The notes beneath the pieces were generated by a model, which was not told the DNA's origin, did not search any database, and was given only the letters and a program-made list of their open reading frames with translations. A program made the translations under genes and the position numbers. Shown piece by piece: positions 8,842-16,890 of a stretch of DNA of 20,000 bases. Location of the stretch: positions 114,281-134,280 of the IMG/VR virus record IMGVR_UViG_3300020404_001964; one strand, 5' to 3'. The stretch comes from an uncultured virus (IMG/VR IMGVR_UViG_3300020404_001964). Lineage: Duplodnaviria; Heunggongvirae; Uroviricota; Caudoviricetes. Numbering within the stretch: the first letter of the stretch is position 1; every line of letters starts with the position of its first letter.

Positions 8842-9177
8842 ATGGATGAATCCTTATCAAAATCTTTGGAATACGCAGAGCGTCTAAGAACGTTCAATAA
8901 TCAATTAAAATTGTTGAAAGAGAAATGTCTTGAAAACAATATCTATTATACCGAAGGACATCAATTCACAATAGACCTTGCTCTTATAAATTACTGTCTC
9001 ACGTATATCAATATCAAAAAAACAAATGAAGCAATATTTCTAGATGATTACAAACAACCTGTCAAAATTACAGATATTAAATCCTTTCATAGCGACATTA
9101 CTGATTTGTATCAACGCAATCTAAATCAATACCTTGTGGAATACAATCAATTAGTGAAAGACAAAGGTGAGATTTAA
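8842..9177 (+). CDS. Hypothetical protein (111 aa), first gene of the enzyme operon
   Basis: Fills the space between the promoter and the first glycosyltransferase-like gene. Its 3' end carries the Shine-Dalgarno (AAGGTGA) for 9180. No motif was recognised. Confidence 0.65.
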   Translation: MDESLSKSLEYAERLRTFNNQLKLLKEKCLENNIYYTEGHQFTIDLALINYCLTYINIKKTNEAIFLDDYKQPVKITDIKSFHSDITDLYQRNLNQYLVEYNQLVKDKGEI

Positions 9178-9179
9178 TC

Positions 9180-9992
9180 ATGACCAAAGGGGTTTTGCTT
9201 TTTGCTCATAACAATAGCACTGTGGATTATGTCAAACAGGCTAATTTTTGTGCAGGTCAGATTAAAAAACATCTTGATTTGCCAGTGTGTTTGATTACAT
9301 CGGACAAATTCAACGAAGATCATAATAATTTTAATCACGTCATTGTAGTAGAAAAACCAAACACAGATCAAACAAAAAGATTTTACAATGTTACAAACAG
9401 TTATGAGGATACATGGAACAATACTTCAAGACCAGATGCTTATTCTTTAACTCCGTACGATGAAACCATTGTAATGGATACTGACTATATTGTGGCAAAC
9501 AGCAACCTTAACAAAGTGTTTGAAAGCAAAGAAGATTTTTTAATCAACTACAAAGCACAACACGTAGACTTTGAATCTAGATACACAGAAGAAATGAAAT
9601 ATGTTAGTGATACAGGTATTGAAATGTGCTGGGCAACTGTATTTTATTTTAAGAAAACTGAAAGAACTAGAATTTTGTTTGATTTAATCAATCATATCAA
9701 AAAAGAATGGCAATTTTATAGATTCAAATATCAAATTGAAAATACAATTTATAGAAATGATTTTGCTTTTGCCATAGCAATTCACATGATTAATGATTTT
9801 GCTAAAACAAGTTGGCCCAAGCAATTGCCTAGCAAGTTGTTTTATACAACGGACAAAGATAGTGTAGACTCTTATCTTGATAATAAATGGAATTTTACAT
9901 TAGAGCGAGGAGCAAAATGTCAGATTAAAGATATGAATATACACATAATGAACAAAATAGGATTGAATAAAATTATAGATCAATATGAATAG
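9180..9992 (+). CDS. Putative GT-A fold nucleotide-diphospho-sugar transferase (pair 1, gene A)
   Basis: N-terminal beta strand GVLLFA, then DY..QA..C...IKK, and a DxD motif in TPYDETIVMDTDY. Paralog of 9985. Confidence 0.6.
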   Translation: MTKGVLLFAHNNSTVDYVKQANFCAGQIKKHLDLPVCLITSDKFNEDHNNFNHVIVVEKPNTDQTKRFYNVTNSYEDTWNNTSRPDAYSLTPYDETIVMDTDYIVANSNLNKVFESKEDFLINYKAQHVDFESRYTEEMKYVSDTGIEMCWATVFYFKKTERTRILFDLINHIKKEWQFYRFKYQIENTIYRNDFAFAIAIHMINDFAKTSWPKQLPSKLFYTTDKDSVDSYLDNKWNFTLERGAKCQIKDMNIHIMNKIGLNKIIDQYE

Positions 9993-10806
9993 AGGTTTTA
10001 TATTATTTGTACAGCAGAATGAAACTTGTGATTATTTAAAACAAGCAGTTGCCTGTAGTTTAAGCATAAAGAAATTTATGCCCAAAGAACAAATATGTTT
10101 AATGACAGATATCATTGTTCCTGAAAAATACAAGAAACATTTTGATCATATTCAAGACATACCAGGAGATGATCTCGCAGTTGACAGCGATTGGAAAGTT
10201 AATAACAGATGTAAAATTTATAATAGCAGTCCATTTGATGAATCTATTGTGCTAGATGTGGATATGTTATTGTTAGAGAATATAGAGCATTGGTGGAAAC
10301 AATTAAGCAATTATGAATTGTTTTACACAAACAAAGTTAAAACCTATAGAGATGAATGGGTAACAAATGATTATTATAGAAAAGTATTTGTGGACAATGA
10401 CTTGCCAAATGTGTATTGTGGATTTCATTATTTTAAAAAATGTAAAAACAATGATGTGTTTTTTAAATTGTTAACAGATATTGTAGTGAACTATGAACAA
10501 TACAGCAAACGTTTTACAAAAAATCGCACTCAATCTTGGTGCAGTATGGATGTTGCCACAGCAATAGCAATAAAATTATTAGGTATTCAGCATAAAGTTT
10601 TCAGCACACAGTCTAATTTGACATTTACACATATGAAACCTAGAATACAAAACTATCAAAGTCAATTGAAATTATGGACGGAACAGATAGATTATAATCT
10701 TACACCACAAAATGAATTATTTGTGGGAAACTTTAAACAAAAAGGAATATTTCATTATGTTGAGGATAATTTTTTAACAGATAAGATGTTGGAGCAACTA
10801 CAATGA
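9985..10806 (+). CDS. Putative GT-A fold nucleotide-diphospho-sugar transferase (pair 1, gene B)
   Basis: GFILFV, DYLKQAVACSLSIKK, a DxD motif in SPFDESIVLDVDM, and late FTHMK and FHYV motifs reminiscent of GT8-like enzymes. Confidence 0.6.
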   Translation: MNRGFILFVQQNETCDYLKQAVACSLSIKKFMPKEQICLMTDIIVPEKYKKHFDHIQDIPGDDLAVDSDWKVNNRCKIYNSSPFDESIVLDVDMLLLENIEHWWKQLSNYELFYTNKVKTYRDEWVTNDYYRKVFVDNDLPNVYCGFHYFKKCKNNDVFFKLLTDIVVNYEQYSKRFTKNRTQSWCSMDVATAIAIKLLGIQHKVFSTQSNLTFTHMKPRIQNYQSQLKLWTEQIDYNLTPQNELFVGNFKQKGIFHYVEDNFLTDKMLEQLQ

Positions 10807-11399
10807 AGATAAGACCGCCACTAGAATTTGACGTAATACGTCCTAAAGTAAAACATTACTTTCATTTCGAGCCTGAAAGCGGAGATGTGTTTGGTTGTAG
10901 TGTACAGCAACAAGGACATAGTGTTGAAATTACAAAAGAACTAGCAGATGAAATACAAAAAGGTTCAAAACATTTAGCAGACTACAAGGTGACATTTAAA
11001 AATACAGGTTATGTTGTGGAATCACGTTATGTAGTAGACAACAAACTGCCAACTGATATACAAACAGATAATCACACCAACAAAGTAGTCTATGAAATAG
11101 TAAAAAATGATAAAGATTCTTGTATTAGATTTAAACTTGATATGAAAAATAAAAAATGGAACGTCAGTATAGATGATGATTTAAAAAACATAATACAAAC
11201 CACAGTAAAACAAGACAATTATGTGTTTAAATTTTTTACTACACCACAACACAATACAAGTGTTGCTGATTATTCTTTCAATATAGATTTAAAACAGTTA
11301 TGTGACACTGGTGATATTCAACTTCAACACAAATCTAATGAAACACCCAGATTGTTTTGTAGAAAAATTTACAATTATTCATATGAGGTAGCACAATGA
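10803..11399 (+). CDS. Hypothetical protein (198 aa)
   Basis: ATGA overlaps at both ends and a GGAG Shine-Dalgarno. No motif was recognised. Confidence 0.65.
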   Translation: MKIRPPLEFDVIRPKVKHYFHFEPESGDVFGCSVQQQGHSVEITKELADEIQKGSKHLADYKVTFKNTGYVVESRYVVDNKLPTDIQTDNHTNKVVYEIVKNDKDSCIRFKLDMKNKKWNVSIDDDLKNIIQTTVKQDNYVFKFFTTPQHNTSVADYSFNIDLKQLCDTGDIQLQHKSNETPRLFCRKIYNYSYEVAQ

Positions 11400-12304
11400 T
11401 TTTAAAAGTAGCAGACATGGATTTTATATTTTTAAGTGTTGATGAACCTAATGCTGAAAAGAATTTTGCTGATTTAAAAAGAAAAATCCCATGGGCAAAA
11501 CGTGTTCATGGTGTAAAAGGTTTTGACACAGCACATAAAAAGGCGGCAGAGGTATCTGAAACAGACAGATTTATCACAGTTGATGCCGACACCCAAGTAC
11601 ATAACAGTTTTTTAAATGTAATGGTTGATTTAAATTCATTAGGATTAGACAACACATATCAATTAAGTTGGTGTGGACATATTGATCTTAATGGATTAAG
11701 ATATGGTAACGGCAGTTTGAAATGTTGGACAAAAGATTTTGTAAAAAATATGAGAACTCATGAAAATCACGACGGTGGAGCAGATAGCAACAATAAAAAT
11801 GTAATAGAGTTTTGTCATTTTCCAAATTACTATCAATTCAACGATAATCATTCAATCAGTTACATAGATGGATCTGCCTATCAGGCTTGGAGAGCAGGAT
11901 TTAGAGAAGGAGTCAAAATGAGTTTGGATAAAAATGTTCGACAAGCACCAAAAGACTTATGGTGGCAAAACTATCAACGATTACTTGTATGGATGACAGT
12001 GGGTATAGATAATCCTTATGGCATTCATGCTATTCATGGAGCAAGAACAGGATGTTATCTTACAATGTGTACAGATTGGGATATCGGTCAAGCAAACGAA
12101 TATAGATTCTTTGAAAAGTATTGGAAAATTGAACTGCACAAAGACAAGACAACAGACTTTTATGAAGACTCTGTTACACTAGGAAAAAAGATTAATGCTG
12201 AACATGAAATTGATTTACCTATAAATCCGCTTACAGCAGAACAAAGTAAATTTTTTAAGAAAGTTTATTACAATACTCCAAGAATAATTAGGAAATCTAG
12301 ATAA
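11396..12304 (+). CDS. Putative glycosyltransferase-like protein with DxD motif (pair 2, gene A)
   Basis: DFIFLSVDEPNA...RVHGVKGFDTAHKKAA...FITVDAD gives a GT2-like N-terminal layout. GAGGT Shine-Dalgarno. Paralog of 12304. Confidence 0.55.
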   Translation: MILKVADMDFIFLSVDEPNAEKNFADLKRKIPWAKRVHGVKGFDTAHKKAAEVSETDRFITVDADTQVHNSFLNVMVDLNSLGLDNTYQLSWCGHIDLNGLRYGNGSLKCWTKDFVKNMRTHENHDGGADSNNKNVIEFCHFPNYYQFNDNHSISYIDGSAYQAWRAGFREGVKMSLDKNVRQAPKDLWWQNYQRLLVWMTVGIDNPYGIHAIHGARTGCYLTMCTDWDIGQANEYRFFEKYWKIELHKDKTTDFYEDSVTLGKKINAEHEIDLPINPLTAEQSKFFKKVYYNTPRIIRKSR

Positions 12305-12993
12305 TGTATGATATTGTGTTTATAAGTTACAACGAAGCATTGGCAGATCACAATTTTAAGTTGTTGTGTGACCGTTTTCCTATTGCTCAACGAGTAAAAG
12401 GAGTAAAAGGAATTCACAAAGCACATATAGAAGCGGCAGAAGTATCTATGACAAAAATGTTTTGGGTAGTAGACGCCGACGCTCAAATAGTAAAAGATTT
12501 TAATTTTGATTACAAAGTTGATCAATATAATTTAGATACAGTTCATGTATGGCAAAGTTTAAATCCTATAAATGATTTACAGTATGGATATGGGGGTGTC
12601 AAATTACTACCCAAACAATTAACTTTAAATATGGATACAACCACAACTGATATGACAACAAGCATTTCTAAAAATTTTAAAGCAATAAAGCAAGTTTCAA
12701 ACATCACAGCATTTAATTCAGATCCATTCAGTGCTTGGAAAAGTGCATTTAGAGAGTGTGTAAAATTAAGTTCTAAAGTTATTGACAGACAGCAAGACAA
12801 TGAAACAGAACAAAGATTGGATGTTTGGTGTAGCAAAGGTGCTGATAGACCGTATGGTGATTTCGCAATAGAAGGTGCGAAGTCCGGCAGAAAATTTGGC
12901 ACAGAACAAAAAGACAAATTGAATTACATTAATGATTTTGATTGGCTTAAAAAACATTTCGAGGAGACCTGCAGTGTCAGTACGTACTACTAG
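12304..12993 (+). CDS. Putative glycosyltransferase-like protein with DxD motif (pair 2, gene B)
   Basis: DIVFISYNE...RVKGVKGIHKAHIEAA...FWVVDAD...YGYGGVKL...AWKSAFRECVKL is colinear with 11396. TAATG overlap with the upstream gene. Confidence 0.55.
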   Translation: MYDIVFISYNEALADHNFKLLCDRFPIAQRVKGVKGIHKAHIEAAEVSMTKMFWVVDADAQIVKDFNFDYKVDQYNLDTVHVWQSLNPINDLQYGYGGVKLLPKQLTLNMDTTTTDMTTSISKNFKAIKQVSNITAFNSDPFSAWKSAFRECVKLSSKVIDRQQDNETEQRLDVWCSKGADRPYGDFAIEGAKSGRKFGTEQKDKLNYINDFDWLKKHFEETCSVSTYY

Positions 12994-14062
12994 AATACCA
13001 TTTGATAATATTATCAAGTTTGGGCAACAGACAATGATGCGTCATAAATTATTCAACGTAAGTTGGATATTAAGTAGATTCTGTAATTATGATTGTTCAT
13101 ATTGTTGGCCCTATGCTCATTCTAAAAAAGTAGATCATAGACCATTAGATGTTTATAAAAAAACAATGGACGAAATTAAAACTCAAGCAAGAAGTAATGG
13201 CTTTGATAGTTTTCATTTTAGTTTTAGTGGTGGAGAACCTACAGCATACAAAAGATTTTTACCTTTAATAGGTCATTATGCCTCAGATGAAAAAAGTAAC
13301 TATCAAAGTATTCATATGACAACAAATTGTTCACCAGGAATAAAATGGTGGAACACTTGGCTTACAGCAACAGAGTCGTTAGTACGTAGAAGTATAACCG
13401 CCAGTTATCATCATGAATTTGCCGATGAACAAACTTTTGGAGATAAACTTTTGATGTTGCAAGATGCCGGTGTTTATGTTACAATAAATCAAGTAATGGT
13501 TCCTGAATTGTTCAGCGAACTATATGATAGATGTAAAAGATTTAATGACAGAGGAATCAATGTAACACTGAAACCTCAAAGTAATGAATCAGCAAGTGAG
13601 ATTGTATCAGGTTACAATGACGAACAAGTAGAATTAATGAAAACAGGATTTGCTTTAAAGACAAATGACGGTTCAGAAGTAGGTCAAATTAGTCTTATGG
13701 ATCATAAAGATAATATGTATGAGATAGACCAGGCAGAAAGATTCAATGCTTTTGGCTTCAATAAATTTAAAGGTTGGAACTGTAATGCTGGATATCAAAG
13801 TTGTATTGTAAGAGAACCAGGTGGTGAAATAAAAAGAGCATACAGTTGTCATGATGAACCATTAGGAACGATAGATGGAGGATTTGAACTGTTTAAAAAC
13901 GCAAACAAGTGTATAACTCCAACTTGCGTGAGTTCTGCTGATAGTAAAATTCCTAAATCAAGAGGATTAGACAAATTAGAAGCAATAGAAAAGGATGAAA
14001 TAATATTAGAAATAAGTCGTAAGCAATCTAAATTATTTAAAAAGGAAAGAACAAATGTATAA
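12974..14062 (+). CDS. Radical SAM protein with C-terminal Cys-rich (SPASM/twitch-like) extension
   Basis: CxxxCxxC motif (CNYDCSYC, 13082-13105), FSGGEPT and MTTN. C-terminal WNCNAG...SC...C..PTC. The start was moved from ATG 12932 to the in-frame GTG 12974 because GAGGAG (12961-12966) lies 7 nt upstream. Confidence 0.85.
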   Translation: MSVRTTRIPFDNIIKFGQQTMMRHKLFNVSWILSRFCNYDCSYCWPYAHSKKVDHRPLDVYKKTMDEIKTQARSNGFDSFHFSFSGGEPTAYKRFLPLIGHYASDEKSNYQSIHMTTNCSPGIKWWNTWLTATESLVRRSITASYHHEFADEQTFGDKLLMLQDAGVYVTINQVMVPELFSELYDRCKRFNDRGINVTLKPQSNESASEIVSGYNDEQVELMKTGFALKTNDGSEVGQISLMDHKDNMYEIDQAERFNAFGFNKFKGWNCNAGYQSCIVREPGGEIKRAYSCHDEPLGTIDGGFELFKNANKCITPTCVSSADSKIPKSRGLDKLEAIEKDEIILEISRKQSKLFKKERTNV

Positions 14063-15041
14063 ACTTGAAGACATTAGAGATATCCATTTAGAAATCACAA
14101 GCAGATGTCAGGCAAAATGTCCTATGTGTCCTAGAAGAATTAATGGTGGTCCTTTGAATCCTTTTATACATTTGGATGATGTGTCATTAGAAACTTTTAA
14201 AAAATGGTTTCCTGTAGATTTTATTAAACAATTGAACAGTCTGTTTATGTGCGGAAATTTAGGAGATCCAATTGTAAGCAAAGATACATTGGAAATCTAT
14301 CAACACTTAAGAGCAACTAATCCTAATATAGGACTTGCCATGCACACAAATGGAAGTGCAAAAAATCAAGACTGGTGGAGGAAGTTAGCAAAAGAAAATG
14401 TAAAAGTTACTTTTGGATTAGATGGTTTGAAAGATACTAATCATCTTTATAGAATATCTACAGATTTTGATAAAATTATTTCCAATGCTAACGCATTTAT
14501 TGGAGCAGGTGGATTCGCAAAATGGCATATGCTGGTATTCAAACACAACGAACATCAAGTTGAAGAAGCAAGACAAATGTCCAAGGACTTAGGTTTTAGA
14601 GCATTTACTACAAAACATACGTCAAGATTCCACAATGGTGAGTTACAAGTAATAGATGAAAAAGGAAATCCTTTACACAAATTAGAGCCTACACAAAAAA
14701 GTGCTGATATGATATCATTAGTGAAAGAATCACAAAATGAAACGAAACCAACTATTATATGTAAAGCAGTTAAAAATCGCCAGTTATATGTTAGTGCTTG
14801 TGGTAATATATCTCCTTGTTGTTGGTTAGATATGGAATGGATTCCGCCTATGCAGGCAAGTAGAATAGATTACATGGACAGGATTGGAGAATTTCCTAAT
14901 TTAAATACAAGTAGTCTTAAGGAAATATTTGATGGAGGTTATTTTGAAAAAATTGAAAAAACTTGGGGACACACGCCTTTACAAGAATGTGGTAAGCAGT
15001 GTGGTTCTTTTGACAAACTAGGAGCACAATTTGAAAATTAA
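14055..15041 (+). CDS. Radical SAM protein with C-terminal SPASM/twitch-like domain (328 aa)
   Basis: CQAKCPMC motif, MCGNLGDP, HTNG and FGLDGL. C-terminal C...YVSACGNISPCC...SLKEI...ECGKQC. Confidence 0.85.
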   Translation: MYKLEDIRDIHLEITSRCQAKCPMCPRRINGGPLNPFIHLDDVSLETFKKWFPVDFIKQLNSLFMCGNLGDPIVSKDTLEIYQHLRATNPNIGLAMHTNGSAKNQDWWRKLAKENVKVTFGLDGLKDTNHLYRISTDFDKIISNANAFIGAGGFAKWHMLVFKHNEHQVEEARQMSKDLGFRAFTTKHTSRFHNGELQVIDEKGNPLHKLEPTQKSADMISLVKESQNETKPTIICKAVKNRQLYVSACGNISPCCWLDMEWIPPMQASRIDYMDRIGEFPNLNTSSLKEIFDGGYFEKIEKTWGHTPLQECGKQCGSFDKLGAQFEN

Positions 15042-15636
15042 TATTCAAGATGTACTGTACTGGATGGATACAATCAGGCAATCTGATGACAAGTATCGTA
15101 CATTGGAAAGTTTCTGGAAAGGACAGATCAACAGTAAAGTTTGGTTAATAACTCATTTACAAAAGTTTCAACAACAAATGCCATATAATATTTTATTGTG
15201 TGGTGGTTGGAATGGAGTATTGTCTACATTATTGTTCAATAGTGAACTAGATATCACACGTGTTGTTAGTATGGACATAGATAGCAAATGCGAATCTATT
15301 GCTTATTCTATGAATAAAGAGTATGAAATGGATGGCAGGTTTAAAGCAATCACGTCAGATATGCTGTTATACAACGATTATGGCAAACATAATTTAATTA
15401 TTAATACTGTATGTGAACACATGACAGTTGATCAATATCAACAATGGTTAGAAAAATTACCAAATAACAAAAGGATTGTAGTACAAAGTAATGACTTTTT
15501 TGAATGTGAAGAACATATTAATTGTCAAAAGTCATTGAAAGAATTTGAAAAAAATTGTGGTTTGACTATTGAAGAATCAGTAGAACTTACAACAGACAAA
15601 TACAAAAGATTTATGATTATAGGATTTAAAAAATGA
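15031..15636 (+). CDS. Putative class I SAM-dependent methyltransferase (201 aa)
   Basis: Motif-I-like ILLCGGWNG, acidic strand end SMDID, and later TSDM and LIINTVCEHM. The TTG start is supported by GGAG at 15021-15024. Confidence 0.6.
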   Translation: MKINIQDVLYWMDTIRQSDDKYRTLESFWKGQINSKVWLITHLQKFQQQMPYNILLCGGWNGVLSTLLFNSELDITRVVSMDIDSKCESIAYSMNKEYEMDGRFKAITSDMLLYNDYGKHNLIINTVCEHMTVDQYQQWLEKLPNNKRIVVQSNDFFECEEHINCQKSLKEFEKNCGLTIEESVELTTDKYKRFMIIGFKK

Positions 15637-16247
15637 AAGCACCAGTAAATTTTTCAGATAGAGTGGCTTATAAAATTACAATGGGTTTGCGTTGGATAGC
15701 AGATACATTTTTTAAAAAACGTTATGGACACAGAGCAGTTGTATTAGAAACTGTTGCAGGTGTGCCTGGCATGGTTGCAGGTATGTGGAACCATTTAAGA
15801 AGTTTACGTAAAATGAAACCAGATGATCGAGGTTGGATTAAAACATTATTAGCAGAAGCAGAAAATGAACGTATGCACCTTATGATTTTCATTCGCATAG
15901 CAAAACCTAATTGGTTTGAACGTTGGGCAATTATTACTGCACAATTTATATTCTGGCATTTTTATATGTTCTTATATATATTTTTTCCGCAGTGTGCTCA
16001 CAGAATGGTAGCATACTTTGAGGAACAAGCCTGCATAAGTTATACAGAATATTTGAAAGAAATAGATGAAGGAAGAATAGAAAATATTAAAGCACCTAAG
16101 ATAGCAATAGATTATTATAAACTTCCTAAAGACGCAACTTTACGTGATGTTGTAATCGCAGTGCGAAAAGACGAAGAAGGGCATAGAGATGTGAACCACG
16201 ATATGGCAGACCAAATAAGAAGGAATAGACATGGACTTATCAACTAA
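15633..16247 (+). CDS. aox: Alternative oxidase (ubiquinol oxidase, di-iron carboxylate), bacterial-type, 204 aa
   Basis: All AOX blocks are present: RAVVLETVAGVPGMV, HLRSLR, GWIKTLLAEAENERMHL, HRMVAYFEEQACISYT, AIDYYKLP, LRDVVIAVRKDEEGHRDVNH. The iron-ligand pattern E...ExxH...E...ExxH is intact. There is no N-terminal transit peptide. Confidence 0.95.
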   Translation: MKAPVNFSDRVAYKITMGLRWIADTFFKKRYGHRAVVLETVAGVPGMVAGMWNHLRSLRKMKPDDRGWIKTLLAEAENERMHLMIFIRIAKPNWFERWAIITAQFIFWHFYMFLYIFFPQCAHRMVAYFEEQACISYTEYLKEIDEGRIENIKAPKIAIDYYKLPKDATLRDVVIAVRKDEEGHRDVNHDMADQIRRNRHGLIN

Positions 16248-16890
16248 AATTTTTAATAAGTTTAAAGACGGCACATTGCCGTGGCTTGAATTAGATATTA
16301 ATTTTGGTCCTTATATTGACCCTAATGAATTTAATAAAGTAGAAAAATACTATGTGGATCATAGAGAAAATGAATCACACATTGGATGGAGCAGTTGTTG
16401 TTTACATGGATTAGGCATTGACAAGACACAGGTGGCAAAAGAATATGGTTATACCGATGAACTAAATGCTCCATACAGTTGGACTAAACTTGCGGAAATA
16501 ACGCCAGCAGTAAAAATGTTTTGGGACAAATTTCCTGCTGAAAGATACAGTAGAGTAAGATTTATGAAATTAAAAAGTTATGGAAAAATAGATTGGCATA
16601 ATGACCATCCTGGTCACGAACTTCCAGAAGATTTATGTGATTATCTTATTCCAATAAATGTTGCTGTTCAACATCCTGCTCTATGTTATATGGAAGTGAA
16701 AGATCATGGATTAGTTCCTTTTGGACATGGCAAAGTATTTTTAATTAATATATTGAAAGATCATCAAGTGGTAAACAATTCTAATGTTGATAGAATACAC
16801 ATGATTGCTCAAGCACACATAGGCAATAAAAGAGAACAATTTAACGAACTATTAGATAGGAGTATTAAAAAATATGGCATTTCAATATGA
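16231..16890 (+). CDS. Putative 2OG-Fe(II) oxygenase, aspartyl/asparaginyl beta-hydroxylase-like (219 aa)
   Basis: RVRFMKL...IDWHND provides HxD, followed by IPIN. A distal His and a 2OG-binding Arg occur in DHQVVNNSNVDRIHMI. Confidence 0.7.
   Translation: MDLSTKIFNKFKDGTLPWLELDINFGPYIDPNEFNKVEKYYVDHRENESHIGWSSCCLHGLGIDKTQVAKEYGYTDELNAPYSWTKLAEITPAVKMFWDKFPAERYSRVRFMKLKSYGKIDWHNDHPGHELPEDLCDYLIPINVAVQHPALCYMEVKDHGLVPFGHGKVFLINILKDHQVVNNSNVDRIHMIAQAHIGNKREQFNELLDRSIKKYGISI

Noticed and set aside
8842..9177. RiPP precursor peptide for the SPASM radical SAM enzymes
   Set aside because: The 111-aa protein looks globular/helical with no leader-core pattern. No short precursor ORF, RRE domain, peptidase or exporter was seen in the window.
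12932..12973. ORF-track start at ATG 12932
   Set aside because: It would give a 62-nt overlap with no Shine-Dalgarno. GTG 12974 has GAGGAG 7 nt upstream.
15010..15590. Internal sigma70 promoters (TTGACA at 15010, TTGACT at 15562 ahead of aox)
   Set aside because: Neither has an acceptable -10 hexamer at 16-18 nt spacing.
15633..16247. PTOX call, and hence a cyanophage assignment
   Set aside because: The motifs are AOX-type (VAGVPGMV, ENERMHL), and no photosynthesis genes occur in the window.
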